Notes under the pieces: generated by a model | The model's database searches: none | What the model was told of the DNA's origin: nothing | The model's input: only the letters and a program-made list of their open reading frames with translations | NCBI GenBank assembly: GCA_951406725.2 | Contig: OX597828.1 | Coordinates: 10,106,001-10,170,000, forward strand | Source of the DNA: Octopus vulgaris | Taxonomy: Eukaryota | Length of the DNA: 64,000 nucleotides | Reading direction: 5' to 3' | Shown: one piece after another, positions 13,240-27,332 of the stretch | Layout of the letters: each line of letters begins with the position of its first letter | How positions within the stretch are numbered: position 1 is the stretch's first letter | Position numbers and translations under genes: made by a program

Positions 13240-13500
13240 TGGGCACAGGACGTCATGAAACATGTACAGCAAAAATGTACGAAGCACGAGTGCATGGAAC
13301 ATGAACTATCCTTTCGAACAACGAAAGACACAATTGGAAAACAAAACAAACATAATGAACGACCCTTCATCAGTTGCTGGCTTTTTTTGTAATCATCGTA
13401 TTTCAAGCGTTTCACAGTAATATAAGCTTTCGATAATACAGTTGCTTCCGCAAAGCAAATTAAATTAAACTTTTTCTTGTTCGACTCCTGTCCTCGCTCG
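13240..13500 (-). mobile_element. Repeat carrying strand-permuted hammerhead-like motif (copy C, motif 13362-13426)
   Basis: Minus strand: CTTAT-A-TTACTG tgaa ACGCT t GAAA TACG ... CAGCAA CTGATGA AGGGT; 3' end GTCCTGTGCCCACA then TA-rich, like the 33.9-kb copy. Confidence 0.65.
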
Positions 13501-13759
13501 ATTTACGCGTTTGCCACCTCAACCTTCCTTTGAGCTTAGCAACCCTTCTAGTTTGTTTACATTGTTATGTTTGTGTTACCTATTTTGACCCTCCACAAAA
13601 ACCTAAATCGTATATAATCTCCTATGCGAGAACAACTGTTTTATTGAAAACGTATATTGTTATTAAATGCTCGAAATGCGAGACTAGTAAATCAGCCAAT
13701 AACTGATGAATGGTCCTTCTTTATGTTTTTTGTCTTCTTTTCCATTTGTGCCTTTCGTT

Positions 13760-14251
13760 GTATTCGCACGGCGTGTGACTATAAGCATGGACGAGAAAAT
13801 ATATATAATATTACAAACGTAGATCAATTATCTGTTATTTAAACCACGATGCCGTCACGTTTTAAAAAGATATAAGATATAATGTTTTACAATGTATTTT
13901 GTTTTAAATGTTGTAAAATGTCTATTCTCATAAGAGTCAACCTTAACTAAAGTCTTCTTTTATGTCTGTTGCATTTTATTTCATTCTGTTAACTGTATAC
14001 AACAACACGGAAGCAGATTCTCTTTGAAAAATCATTTATTGAAATTACTTATACATTAATTGAAAATTCGCATAATATTTTATTAATTTTTTCAGAAGCA
14101 ATAGATTAACTCACGAGCCGAAATTTTTGTGTATTAGCATAATAAGCGCTAACGCCCGAAAGTTTCGTCCCGTGAGTCACTCTCTTATTTATGCGAAACT
14201 TTAACATATATTTCATTCGTACATTCATACATACATACATACATACATACA

Positions 14252-14323
<72 letters not shown>

Positions 14324-14512
14324 CATATATATATATATGTATGTACATATATATATATATATACATACATACACACACACACATATATATATATATAATT
14401 TTGTGTTACACAATTAGATGCACATATTTATACGAACTAGGTAGGTATTCGCACGGTGTGTGACTATAAGCATGGACGAGTAAGTATATATAGTATTACA
14501 AATGCATATCAA
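13760..14512 (+). repeat. ~68-bp direct repeat pair (13760-13827 and 14445-14512)
   Basis: GTATTCGCACGG(C/T)GTGTGACTATAAGCATGGACGAG...ATTACAAA..ATCAA occurs twice. Confidence 0.9.
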
Positions 14513-15005
14513 GTATTTTAAAAGTATTCTATATGTGTAGTTTACGATGACAGCTCACCAATATATCTTCATGCATTTTTAGCACCCATCAATTGTCCTA
14601 GTTACATATAATGAAATTTAAGTTTTTACATCTATGTCTAAAGATCAGTTTCTGATACAAAACTTGGAATTCATTAATGCTAAGGCACTTTAAAACTTCT
14701 CCGTCTCATACTTCACTTATACGGACAAAGGAATCGATATATTCAAAAATGAAATGAAGCCAGTAATATTGGCGGCTTCCAATCCATTTGAGATCTACCA
14801 TTAAAATTTGACAGAAAAGCGTCTTTCCTGCCTATCGCAAAACACTTAAAATTATATGTCGCCATAGTTGAAGAATTGCGACAAAAATGAAAGATGCCAT
14901 CACTATTTCCTATATCAGAATATATGTATGCATACCCCCCACACACGCATTCTCGCACGCACAAATATAAATGCACATGCATATAAATGTACGAGCATAT
15001 GTATG

Positions 15006-15041
<36 letters not shown>

Positions 15042-16010
15042 GTCAGAGTGTATCTGAGTGTATGTGATTATGTGTATATGTGTGTGTGTGTGCGTGTGTG
15101 GATATGCGTGCCGTATGTGATCGTATATGTATTTATGTATACAGGGAGTCAATGCATGTAAATATACGATAAACTTCATATAACCATATATAAATTAATA
15201 TTTATATCTTATACATTGAGAAGCATGTATGGATATACATATATACATGTTTGTGTTGTATATATATATATATATATATGCAATACACACATGTATATAC
15301 GTATATCCATACATATATATATTTACACACACATATCAATGTGTACTTCCAACGATTGCATTACATACGCACACATACACAGACTCATACTCTCATATGT
15401 GTGTGCCTTGTTTTTAGGCATATATACGCGTGTGTGCACACATATATGTTTTTGTGTATATAGTATATGTTAGCATTGTGATTAATAATTATTTTAGGAA
15501 ATTTTAAGGATAAAATTTTAAAATGCTTTCTGTTGTAACTACTTCGGCTTCTCAATCCTCTGAGTACGTCTATTAACTATGCTTATACGTATATATGCAT
15601 ATCTGTGTGTCTGTGTGTGTATGTCGGGGTGTATTATGTGTACTGTTATATACACTGCACAACTATTACTGTATGAATTTTGAGTGCACGAAGATATTAA
15701 TCATCCAATCAGCTTGCAGAATTGTGTTTAGTCTACCACTTTACTTAGTCATGTTACTAGTTATGATATACAGAATATGAATTATAAATTATTAGTTCTA
15801 CATAGGTTTAACTATTACAGGTGTCTGGAACCCAGCATTGAAAGTTCTGTATGTCAAGCACTTTATTGTACTCTGTTAGAGATCTTATATCAGAAATCAG
15901 AGGCATGGTGCGGTGATTTATAAACGTTTGTATGCATTGTTATTTATACTGGTGCTGGGATTCTTGACCATGCCATTACCAAAATTTCATGTTCATGCTT
16001 TCATGTATTA

Positions 16011-16348
16011 TTTTATTCTCTTGCTTCTTTCAGTCATTTCATGTGGCCAATGCTGGAGCTCTGCCTTTTATTCGAACAAATCACCCCCAGGACTTATCCT
16101 TTGTAAGCCTTGTGTTCATTCTATCTCTTCTTTAGAACCACAAAGTTACGGACATCTAAACACACCAATATATATGTCAAGCGGTCATTGAGGGTCAAAC
16201 ACAGACACACAAATACATACGCATATATATATATATATATATATATATACCGCGGGCTTCATTCAGTTTCCGCCTACCAAATCCACTCACGAGACTATTG
16301 TTTAAGATTCCACATAGTAGGACTGAATCCGTAACCATGAGTTGCACA
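16011..16348 (-). mobile_element. CORE-type SINE, decayed and internally deleted
   Basis: Reverse complement of the family at 39074: CGGGCTTC..CAGTTTCCGCCTACCAAATCCACTCAC and tail TTTCAGTCATTT..TGTGGCCA.TGCTGGAGC. Confidence 0.85.
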
Positions 16349-19300
16349 GAGCATGTTTTTAATTATACTTGTTATATAAGAGTAACAAAAGAAATAGGAG
16401 AAAAAATCACTGTAAAGAGAAATGTGCCTATTTTATGATCAGTGTTTATATGGCAGATCTCATTTAAAAATTATGACGGAAGAGTAGAATACAAGAACAG
16501 GTAATGTAGAGAGGACCTGGGTCAAAATATGATTGTGTTGGAAGAGAGGGAAACCGAAGAAAGTAAAGGTGAAACTGGGAATGTACATAAAAGAGTGACA
16601 ACGATGAAATTTGAGACCAGCGCAGAAGAATTCACGCTGCCGGTGTCGTCTGCGTATGTAAGTGTATGTGTTTCGGTGAGTGCGCGCACTTTTGAGTGTT
16701 TCCTTGCACGTATTAAAGATCAATGTGTGAAATTATTGTTTACGCAGATGACAAATTGAACGTATCTTGGTATGCAACAGTCATTTTTGAAATATCTATC
16801 CAACTAAATGTCAAATACATATTCATATACATACGTATTGCGCATGCATATATGCTCACACAAACACACACAAATACTAAGAAAAACAGACACAATGCAT
16901 ACACTCTTGTGGTTTGCTTGTGTGTATTTATGATGTAATGCTTCTGTGGCCGTATGCATCTATAGGACTAATGTGTAATAAACAAGTTATATTTCTGCAT
17001 TTTATGTAATGTGGTGTATCATAAGGTGAAGGAATGATTTGCAACTTTGGCGGGATGCTCATGTTTCGTTCGTATGCGCATATATTCCAATGCAGCCACA
17101 TGCGAAGTTGATGTACCCAGTTTATGATCATGTGTGAAGCTTTCGGCTACATAGGTTCAGTCTGAGTGCATGTAGAAATGTTTACGACAAGCATTTCTTC
17201 TCTGAGATTTGTTTGTAAGTGTTGTGTCCTATTTTGCGGACGAAACGAGGGCGCTAGTCATACTAGATGTAGAGGTGTTGTTCCGTCTAACGCATTAAGT
17301 AATATTCCTGTTCTCTGAAGTAAAGCGAAAATATATGCGGCTAAATTCAAGTGCCATTCGTCAGGAGATATGAAGATATTAAATCGACTATCTTGCGGGT
17401 GTTCGGAAAACATCATGGCTATTTCCAAAATTTAAGTTAATAGAACTGACATTTAAGACAGAAAACGGCACTTTTGTCAAATCACGTGAAATAGTCAGTG
17501 ATAATAAAGTGATATTTTTTTCAGTCTAAGAAGGACAGTGTTCTTGATAGTAAGGGTATGGGTTACACCGTTCTTGATAGTAAGGAAAGGATTTGGGGTG
17601 ACTGTTGAAAAGTAAAAATAATATTGAGTAAAAGGTGACACAAATGAGGCCATATTCCAATGAGGCGGAGGACGCACATACAACATGTTGGAAGTGGGTT
17701 TGTCAAATTTAAGAAGCGTAAATTGAGAAAGTTTGACGTTGAAAAGTAATGTACTTAAATGAGAGGAAAGAGCAAACGCCCAAGATAAAGGTGGTTACGA
17801 ATTGTAAGTGCTGAGATGTGATTAAATTTATTGTCAGATAGCTGGAAATTCACTCATCGGTCTTTCATAGACATTCTTCTGCGTTTGAATCGCCCGTGTC
17901 ACTCGAAAAATTGTGTACGACTCATTGCCTCGTCGCCGTAAGCTTTTCGAATAAAACTCAAAGTCTCTGTAACAGATTATTCAGGTTTAACGCAAAATTT
18001 AACGTTGGCTCTTTGGTCCTGTCCATGACAAAATCGCAGACTACAGCATACATGTGATCACAAAAACACAAATTTAACAACTTGCGAAGTAAACACAGCG
18101 ATGTCACTCGGCACACTGCCTCATGAAGGTTACTGCTAGATCCCACTGCGCATGCAACTTGTATGTATATATGTGTCTGTGCTGTATGTACATATATATA
18201 TTTGTATGTATATATGTACGTATGCATGCATGCATTAATGTATGAAAGTATATACGTAAGTATTTCTCTGAATGCAATAATGAACTGTAAAATATAAAGT
18301 AGAGTAACAAATTTTATGACAGGGAATATCCAAAAACGAAGGGTCCTATTTAGATAGATATTAATTTAAAAGAATTTGAAAACCATTTTTTTTAAAATTT
18401 GGGACTTAAAACGTAAATTAATTGTAATGTTTTATGGTGTCTGTAGACTACGTCATCTATTTCTCGTTCGATAGATTTTCTTATCCACATTTTTACTGTT
18501 GTTTGAAATAACTTCTATTGTAGAGGTTATACTTCTATTTTAGATAGAGTATAAAGGATTCAGTCGCCCAAGGTACATGAATGCCACACAATTTGTCAAC
18601 CACACACAAATTTGACCGTATTATGGAATTGAATACGGAAAATGGCAGTAAATACAACAATGATGCCCAATAATTTCCCCATATCTGCCGTCTACCGCCA
18701 TTATTGATAAAGGAGTTATGCAAATTTTTTCTAGAAACTATGATATCTATAGCTTGTCAGTTTATATTGCAATAATTGCACTAAACCAAATTCACTGTTT
18801 AAATAGATTAATATGAGGAAAGGCTATTCTGCTAATATAGAAATGATCTTACACTGTAAAATAAGCATATATACTTATACTAATACACTCTACAACTTTA
18901 ATGATTCAGTGCTACCTGCTACATTTTCATTTCATATCAATGTCAACAGCACACAAATAAAGATGTCCATACAATTCATTTAATATATCGAATCCAGTTT
19001 ATAGCCGCATCTACAAATATTTATTTTACAAGAAATGAACATTAACTTTAAGCTAACATGTACAGATTACATAATTTTGTTTAAACAAATAATAGAATTA
19101 TATCATTGCCTATAAAAATACAGTTCAAAACAGCAGCAATATATTTTAAACGATTTATTGACTTACTCATAAAACAAATATACAGTTACCAGAACAATTA
19201 AATGCTATTCCTCGCTAGGAAATAAAATGATGTTATTTTGGGAGACGGCATTCGTCGATATACAGATCGTATTAAATTCCAATTAGATATCAAACTTTTG

Positions 19301-19441
19301 CTATCATTTATAGTAAAATAAACCTCGCAATAACCAAATTGGCGTCGCTAAATTTGGCATTTATTTTCTATTGAACGTTGAAGGGGAAACGGTAATTCTG
19401 GCATTATACTTTATGAATCAAAATAAATTATCAACCACTTA

Positions 19442-19512
<71 letters not shown>

Positions 19513-19590
19513 TGGGGTATAGATAGATATGGATATATAAATGCACATACGTATACATATATATAAATATTATATTATCTAAGTGTATAT

Positions 19591-19644
<54 letters not shown>

Positions 19645-19829
19645 ATATATAAATAGATGTATGTGTGTGTGTGTATGTATGTATGTGTGTCTATTTACAT
19701 TCATTTGAATACAGCTGCATGTGCTCACACAAAATAACATACAACATATACATGTATATTTATATGTAACCATGATGCAGTATGTATACATATGTATAAT
19801 ATATTGCTTATCTATCTGCGAGTATATAA

Positions 19830-19907
<78 letters not shown>

Positions 19908-20381
19908 AGTGAATATGGTTATATATATGCTCAGATGGTCGCAGCGTGATATATTTTAAACTATAGTGAAGTATATATATGTACATGTTTTGTAAAATAA
20001 TAGATTTTGAATCTCAATACTAATGTATATACTTCCAGAAAAAGTCTTTGAGAAGTAATGACTGTTGTTTTACATTTATTAGAGGAATAGGTGCATTCCG
20101 TGTGAGAGACATTACCAGTTTTATCTAAAATAAAAGACTTTCTGTAAACATGCATTTTAGTTGCGTGAATTCGTATTAGTAACAAAGAAATAAATTGAAG
20201 TATTTCAATTTGATATGAGTTATTAATATAGGAAGATGTTATATTTTGCTAATAAATTATATAAAGTAGAAAATATTACCACACACAGACACACACATGG
20301 ACACACACACATATATATGTGTGTGTATATATATACACAACTACTGGTGTGATTGTATTTTTGTCTGTCGTATGTGAAAAC

Positions 20382-20420
<39 letters not shown>

Positions 20421-20449
20421 ATGTGTGTGTGTAAGTATTTATGTGTATG

Positions 20450-20482
<33 letters not shown>

Positions 20483-20580
20483 GTACGTATATATTTATGA
20501 ATATGTATGTATGTATTTATGTACACACACATATATACTTTTACATGTAAGTATTATTATCTGCTTGTATATTAATTGGC

Positions 20581-20608
20581 AGACAGATAGGTAGACACAC
20601 AGACAGAC

Positions 20609-20684
<76 letters not shown>

Positions 20685-20703
20685 GATGTGTGTGTGTGTG
20701 TGT
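20581..20703. repeat. (CAGA)n-(TAGA)n-(TG)n microsatellite
   Basis: Direct reading. Confidence 0.95.
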
Positions 20704-22053
20704 GATCGTATGAATAATTTAAGAGACAAAAATCGAATAATCATTCTTTAAGTACAGTGGAATAAATACGTATATTACTACAGATTATTATGCAATCTAA
20801 TTTTCCAGTATAGATTAGTTTCTGTGAGTGTTTTCGTATTGAACACATTGATACTAAATTTATGAACTCTTAGCATAATGTAACAAAACAATGTACCGTT
20901 AAACAAGAGAATGAAACATCATCCTAACGAAGTGATAAATGAGAGACAACCAACTGGAATTTGATATCTTCACCACATGGTGTACGTATTGGACTTTACG
21001 TTGCATGTAACGTAATATGTTTTTCCTTCATAATATGTTTTTCCTACAGGATAACGTATTAAAAAACCGCCCACCTATAGCTCATGCCTAGTACGTCCTC
21101 ATACACCAAAAGTTCGGCGGAAGCCCTATTGTTGTACGCGCCAACCGCAATTTTTTTACCGTTCCTATCATGCAAATCTCCAGGCAAAATAGATGGCCTA
21201 TAGACACGTAGGGTTGATGAAGTATTGATCAGTAATTTTTAGCCATCTAATATGAGAGCGCACTGCGTTAATGAAATTTTCTTTCACCCTCTACTTACGA
21301 CTGTCCCAGAATTTTATGTATTATTTAAGAGGTTTCTTAAATAATTTGCAATATATGGCTGAGCTGTCGCTGCAAAATATATGCATACATTCATCTAAAA
21401 GATCGCAAATGGATAATCTTTGGAATGTCTTACAAATATTCTCTGTGGTGCTAATACTATGGTTGACTACTATCCAGTTTCTTTTACCCTTTATTCGAAA
21501 GCTTAATATTTCTAGGTTTTTGTGTAAATTTGTATGTACATACTCTATTGCATTCATGATGAGAGGTAGAAACTGGAATAAATAGTCAGGGTACAAGTGC
21601 TGAAAAGTTTCGCATTAATCCTGCATATATTTTTTCTTTACCGGGATTTTGCTGTTACGTTCACATCCTCTAGGCAGCTGATCGTTTCACAACGCTTCAC
21701 TTTTATTCGCTGGTCTATAGAGCCTCCGTTTTATTTGCTGTTCTACAGAATAATATCACGTCAGTTATGTTTGCATCAAATTACTGTATCTATTGATGTC
21801 TTCCTCCAGTATAACTTGTTTTTGAAGGCGTGAATATATGCTGGTTCTCACAGGTTTTTGATATATAGTGAAGGCAGTCCTTCTTGCGGGACATTGTAAA
21901 TTGCCTATGCAGCTATATCATGCCTCAGGGCAGGTAATATCTCGTAGACATTTTGAGGCAGCTGCTGATGATGTGGGTAATAACTTCCACACTGCTACAG
22001 TCGAGTCGACATTTTCTATCACAATATAGAGGTCTGGTGGTATCTTTGTCTCA

Positions 22054-22084
<31 letters not shown>

Positions 22085-22249
22085 ACACTTGTTAATCAGT
22101 TATTTAGTATCTATCACCTGTCCGTGGGATGTAATATATCGATCACAGGTACAGGAAAGGCGATTCTTCCTGTCTATGCTGATGTTATCCTCTAGCTTAT
22201 GCGTTACGTACCGCTGCATTGCTTTTTACTGGTATGCTGCTTGCTTTTC

Positions 22250-23790
22250 CTCCAAGCTTCTGTTTATGTAGATCAATCTGGCTTGCTTTGTTTTTCGACT
22301 CTAAAGATAACCGAAGCTGTTTATATATATTCAAATGATGTTCTGAGGACATAATCCAGAGTTATCACTAAAAGGAAATGTGCCAGTGTGTCTCCCTGGA
22401 GTACTACGGCTTAGGTGTAAAAGATAATTTGGTATCAAAGAGTACCTCTGCCTTTAGCATTTTCACCATTTCACCTCGGGGAATGTAGCCCACAGCCTTT
22501 AAGAAATCAACAAACAGTAATACTGCTTCATAATTTCTGGCTTTTACTCCTTACAGTAGACGGCTAGATATAAGTATTTGCCTGACAGGTGATCTATTTT
22601 TTTTAAAGCAATTTTGATTTTTCTTAAATGTTACTTAATACGAGGTTGTATGTCATTAAGTCGGAGTGAATTTTAAATTTTGTAGAGATGATGGTAAACG
22701 TCATGTCTCTGTACATATTTGTGATACCCAACCCGAAATTCTTTGTAAATGTGACTATGCAGCTTTCTGGCTATTTGTCAATGTTGAATATTTAATTCTC
22801 TTGTTTTCCAGTATTCAGTGGGAATGTTATTTAATCCAGCAGCCTTTCAATTTCTGGTGGTTTAAGGAATTCCTTCAATTCGTCATGGGTGAAATTGCTA
22901 GTTATGATGATATCAAGGATGTAACCAAACTTGAAACTATATGTGTATCAGTCACTGAATGTATATTGCCAGGCAACGCTTGGAAATGATCCTCAGCAAA
23001 TTTCTAAGCGTTCATGTGGATTTTTAGCATTAATTTTTGGATTGATGATTTTTTTGTTTGCTTAATTCATTTTCTGTCTACAGATTAGCGACGTCTGCTT
23101 GCTTCCAGCTGCGTACTTAATTTGATTAATTGTACTTTGGATGTAGCTTAGTTGTTGAAATTAATCTAGGCCTACTATTTCTTTCTGTAGCTTTTTGAAA
23201 TCGCCTCATTTGAGGAGCTTGGATGTTTAACTTTGACTTGAGCTGATTTTTTAGGTGTTTTCTCTTGTTTAGCATCTCTTGGTCGTCTCAGCGTTGATGT
23301 TTATTAGTTAACGGTTTAATGGGTTTGATCTCTTTTGCAGCTTCTATGTGGTGATTTACAATAGTATTGTATACTGATTGAGTAGCTTTCTTTCATTTTC
23401 ATTTGCTAGTGGCTCAAATCTATTTTTGACAGTTTTGGTGGACTGGTTGCGGGTTTTTCTGCAGTTGTCTAAAACTGGCCAGTCTTATGCGGTCCTAGAT
23501 GCCGATGTGCTTTTGCTAGCTCTACGTCTAAGGTGAAAGTTTGGTGTGATAATTTGGTGGTCACTGCGCAATCCTCCAAAAGAATTGTAAGAGAGTGTTC
23601 TTCCAAATTAGCTTTTCTCTCCGCCTAATTCGTAATCTACAATTAGCTGAACATGATGTTGAACTTCTTGTTAATTCTAGTAAAATCCAAGTTCATTATC
23701 CCAATGAACAAGGATCAATCACTAACAACAGCGGATATACCATCAAATAAGTTGATGATTTCACACACCGCAGTTTAGAGATAACCTCAA
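22250..23790 (-). pseudogene. RTE-clade LINE relic (end of AP endonuclease plus reverse transcriptase N-half)
   Basis: Minus-strand translation: SYNSFGGLRSDHQII; KAAGLNNIPTEYWKT; GVKARNYEAVLLFVDFLKA; VLQGDTLAHFLLVITLDYVLRTS. Confidence 0.85.
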
Positions 23791-24086
23791 CGAAAAGGAT
23801 GTAACATCTTGGACAGCCGAACATGGTCGGCCCTAAACAAAGTGGATGATGTCTGGAAATCAACCCTTTTAGACAATCTTAAGAGCAATTTTATTCGTGC
23901 ATTCGTGCAACGGTTTTCTGGCCTTTTATATGATACAACTTGTTTCATATAACGAAATCTGGAATCCAAGCTAGACGGAACTTACGCCCGAATGTTAAGA
24001 GTAGTCTTAAACTTTAATTGGACACCTAATCGGAGATCTGCCAGCTTTCACCATTACAAAGGTTTGCGCTTCGCGGGGCAGTAAAC

Positions 24087-24148
24087 CAAAGCTAAACAAA
24101 AGCGAGCTAAACAAAAGCGAGCTAAACAAAAGCGAGCTAAACAAAAGC
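24087..24148 (+). repeat. 15-bp tandem repeat, ~4 copies
   Basis: (AGCTAAACAAAAGCG)n, lying upstream of the RTE relic in its orientation. Confidence 0.9.
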
Positions 24149-25592
24149 TGTCAAGTGACCTACTGCTATAGATGCCAAAGCATAGCCGTACTTGAGCTAA
24201 TCGTCCAAACATAACGTATTTGCGTCGACTCAGAAGAGGCAAAGGATACTTCACCAAACGCATCTCAACTAAATCAGGACCAAGATGGATAGGGTGCGTA
24301 GATTTAAAATATCTCAGGAAGACCGACCAGATGATGTTAATGATTAGAGTGACAAAATTAAATGGTTCCACCCCGAGTAATTATTGACCCTTAAAAAAGC
24401 TTACGTCATAGTACCAATGTGGTACTCCCTCTTTCCAAACAGGGTCACTAATACAAGGCAATCTTTGAACGAACAGAATAGAAGACACTAATATTCGCCA
24501 ACATTTGCTTCACAATTCTGCTGAGTTATGCTACTTTCAGTGTCTATCCTTTTCACTGTACCTCCTGCAATTCACTCGTCTGGTGCAATTTACTCATCTC
24601 TGACATTTGCAACTGATTTGTTTTTTGTCATTACATAGTTGTATTATTGGTTGTTCTTTCAGTCTTTACACTAATTATAAACACCAATATTTCCTCCAAA
24701 ACACATTAACATTCTCTACGACGTTTTAGTTATTGCTGTATATGCAAAAGTTTTTTTTGTCATATCTGCACAAATTATGGACAAGGCCTCTTCCTCCACA
24801 TGAAAACATCCAGGCAAAGACATGTCTTTGCTGTGACAGAAATACATGCTATTTATCACATTAACCATTATTGTTACGTTTGTAGAGAATATAAGCTTAG
24901 GAGGGTATTTATGCTACTATTTCCAATACATTGCATAACCACATAAACGTATTCTAGTTGGCTTCGTCGAAAGAATGCATGGTGTATACATATATATACG
25001 TTGACCTGGCATTTTGTGCTTCAGATTCCCTAGCGTTGTTTATAAAAGGATAAGAAAAGTTGATATATCAAACACAATCCATTTCAAATGCTAACTGGAA
25101 TTAAATCATTTCGAAAGTGATACACAATTAAATGTATTAGTAATGTATTAGTATTATCCAATAAAACTAGTTTTGGAGTGCGTTAGCAAAATTGTCAGGA
25201 CAAAACTTTAGAAAGTAGAGTAAATTTGTTTGCCGTTATCACAGTAAACAAATGCATAATTGCATTGATAAGAAAAATTAGAAAGGCTAAATACTTCTGT
25301 TTACAAAATATGAATTCGGCAGATATTTATCATTTGTGATATTTGTAACATTTGTCCCAAGATATAAAATGTCTGCTCCATACTAACCTTTTGCGTAAGT
25401 CTTTATGATAATATACTGTGAATGCCAAGGCAACAAATTATGTTTGCTATTATATTATGTGGGGAAAGCAATTGATTACACCGTGTTATTATTCTTTCAT
25501 TGCAGAAAATAGGTAGGGACAATATACTTGAAAATGCGCGTGTATGACTGTATATGTATGAATGTATGTATGTATGTATGTATATATGTATG

Positions 25593-25668
<76 letters not shown>

Positions 25669-26290
25669 CATTGTTTGAATTTATAAATTTATAGGGAAAA
25701 TCTGGGGGAATAGTTACAACATAGCTAAATATGTCTTAAGTGTCCCACGATTTTATTCCGGCATAGTAATCCGTATTTGATAGAAAATAGAAAATTGAAG
25801 GAGAAGACGAACTCTCGGGATGTTGCTAAGTCATTTATATATTGAATTGTTCTACATATGCTTCGACAGGATAAATTATGGTCAGCAAAGCATCAATCAA
25901 GTTCTTGTGATGATATGTTACAATTCCCGCTAATAAGAACAAAGCTTACGGACTCTCTTTGATGTGTTTCTCCAGTCAATATTCAACACACTATTACATC
26001 AATCTTTATCTACTTCGAATTCCACCCATCATCAAATATAACTAACATATACATTGATACATTTCTATTTCTTTTCTATTCTACCATGCTTTTGCATGTT
26101 TTAATACCGCTGTTTGAAACGATCGTATACAAAATAAATTTTTTTTCAAATTTTAAAATCTCTTTTAACAAATTTATTGAGGTCTATGGGATACATTTCT
26201 ATGAATTCACATAACACACCATATAAAAGTATTAAAAGACGTAATATAATTCAACCTTTTCACACACACACACATGCAAACATATATATA

Positions 26291-27093
26291 CTTGGCCTTA
26301 TCAGTATGTAACTGCACTGTTGCCAAAATAACGAAGCTGAAGTACGCAGTGTAAAATCACTTGTCACAGCTTTATCTTGAACTCTAATGTGCATGCGCAA
26401 TAAGTATTAACGTTCTAGCACTCTTCCGCTGCTTACAGCAGTGCTTGGAAGGACGTTTGTAGCGTGCGATTGTCGCATTCACAGAAGAAGCTGAGAAGGG
26501 AATTTGCATTAAATTTTGCCAGAAGCTTAGCGATACCTGCTGCGATGCCTACGCGAAATTTACAAAAAGTTTTCATCGTTCTTAATACAATCAAAGAGAT
26601 CTTAAGCAACTGAAACCCGAGTGTCGTCTTGGTGAACTTAAAGTAGTTGTGGCTCAAACTTGGCAGACCCGGGCCTCATACGCAAATTCTACAGTAATAT
26701 TGGACTGAACAATAACTAATATGCACATCCTCTGAAAACTCATGGATGCTGATTTATCGATGTTCTCTCACAGTTGGATGCTCATCAGTTCTCTTGGTTG
26801 CGTGTCTCTCAGTACCTTCATGAATATTGACATTTTTTGGCCATATTAGAAACAGCTGAACCGCTCATACACTTGTGAGCGGCTCATGCATTCTTTTCTG
26901 CAACTTTATGTACGCTATTGTGCAGGTAAAGCCATGACAACTTCCTCTTTCATAGTCAATCCCATGATCACACGCTAATACCTTAGCACATGCTCAGCAG
27001 ACTTCCAGGTCAATCATTGTCAAGCGGCTTTACCCTGTGTGCTTTAGCTTCATTACTATGGCATCAGTCCATATACTTATTGATCATACCTCG
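26291..27093. mobile_element. Mariner derivative made of two inverted 5' halves
   Basis: Plus strand EKGICIKFCQKLSDTCCDAYAK (~26490-26570); minus strand ECMSRSQVYERFSCF..ISIHEFSEDVHISYCSVQ..SAKFEPQLL; right TIR rc TA-CGAGGTATGATCAATAAGT; the two 5' UTRs align in inverted orientation. Confidence 0.75.
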
Positions 27094-27171
27094 TATATGT
27101 ATTTATATATATATATATATATATCGGTAAAAACGGTAAGATAACAAAAGGAAGAAAGAGACCTCGGCCAG

Positions 27172-27230
27172 ATAACCGAAGAGATGGTGTTGTGGATTTC
27201 CACCTCGGCATCCGAAACTCAGAGTTTTAT
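27172..27230 (+). ncRNA. Degenerate minimal type I hammerhead in a short (TA)n-flanked repeat (27125-27268)
   Basis: ATAA-CCGAAGA-GATG...CATC c GAAA-CTC a GAG-T-T-TTAT; U4 replaced by C. Confidence 0.55.
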
Positions 27231-27265
27231 ATTGGGTATTGAATAATTGTCCCACATTATTTTAC

Positions 27266-27332
<67 letters not shown>

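Noticed and set aside
17630-17800. Possible CR1/L2 RT trace on the minus strand (YVRP..LEYG)
   Set aside because: A single short frameshifted motif; too weak to call
21953-22195. Plus-strand YADV motif as an RT active site
   Set aside because: Opposite strand to the adjacent RTE relic and no surrounding RT motifs
24087-24148. CRISPR-like regular repeat
   Set aside because: Contiguous 15-bp units with no spacers, eukaryotic context, no cas genes
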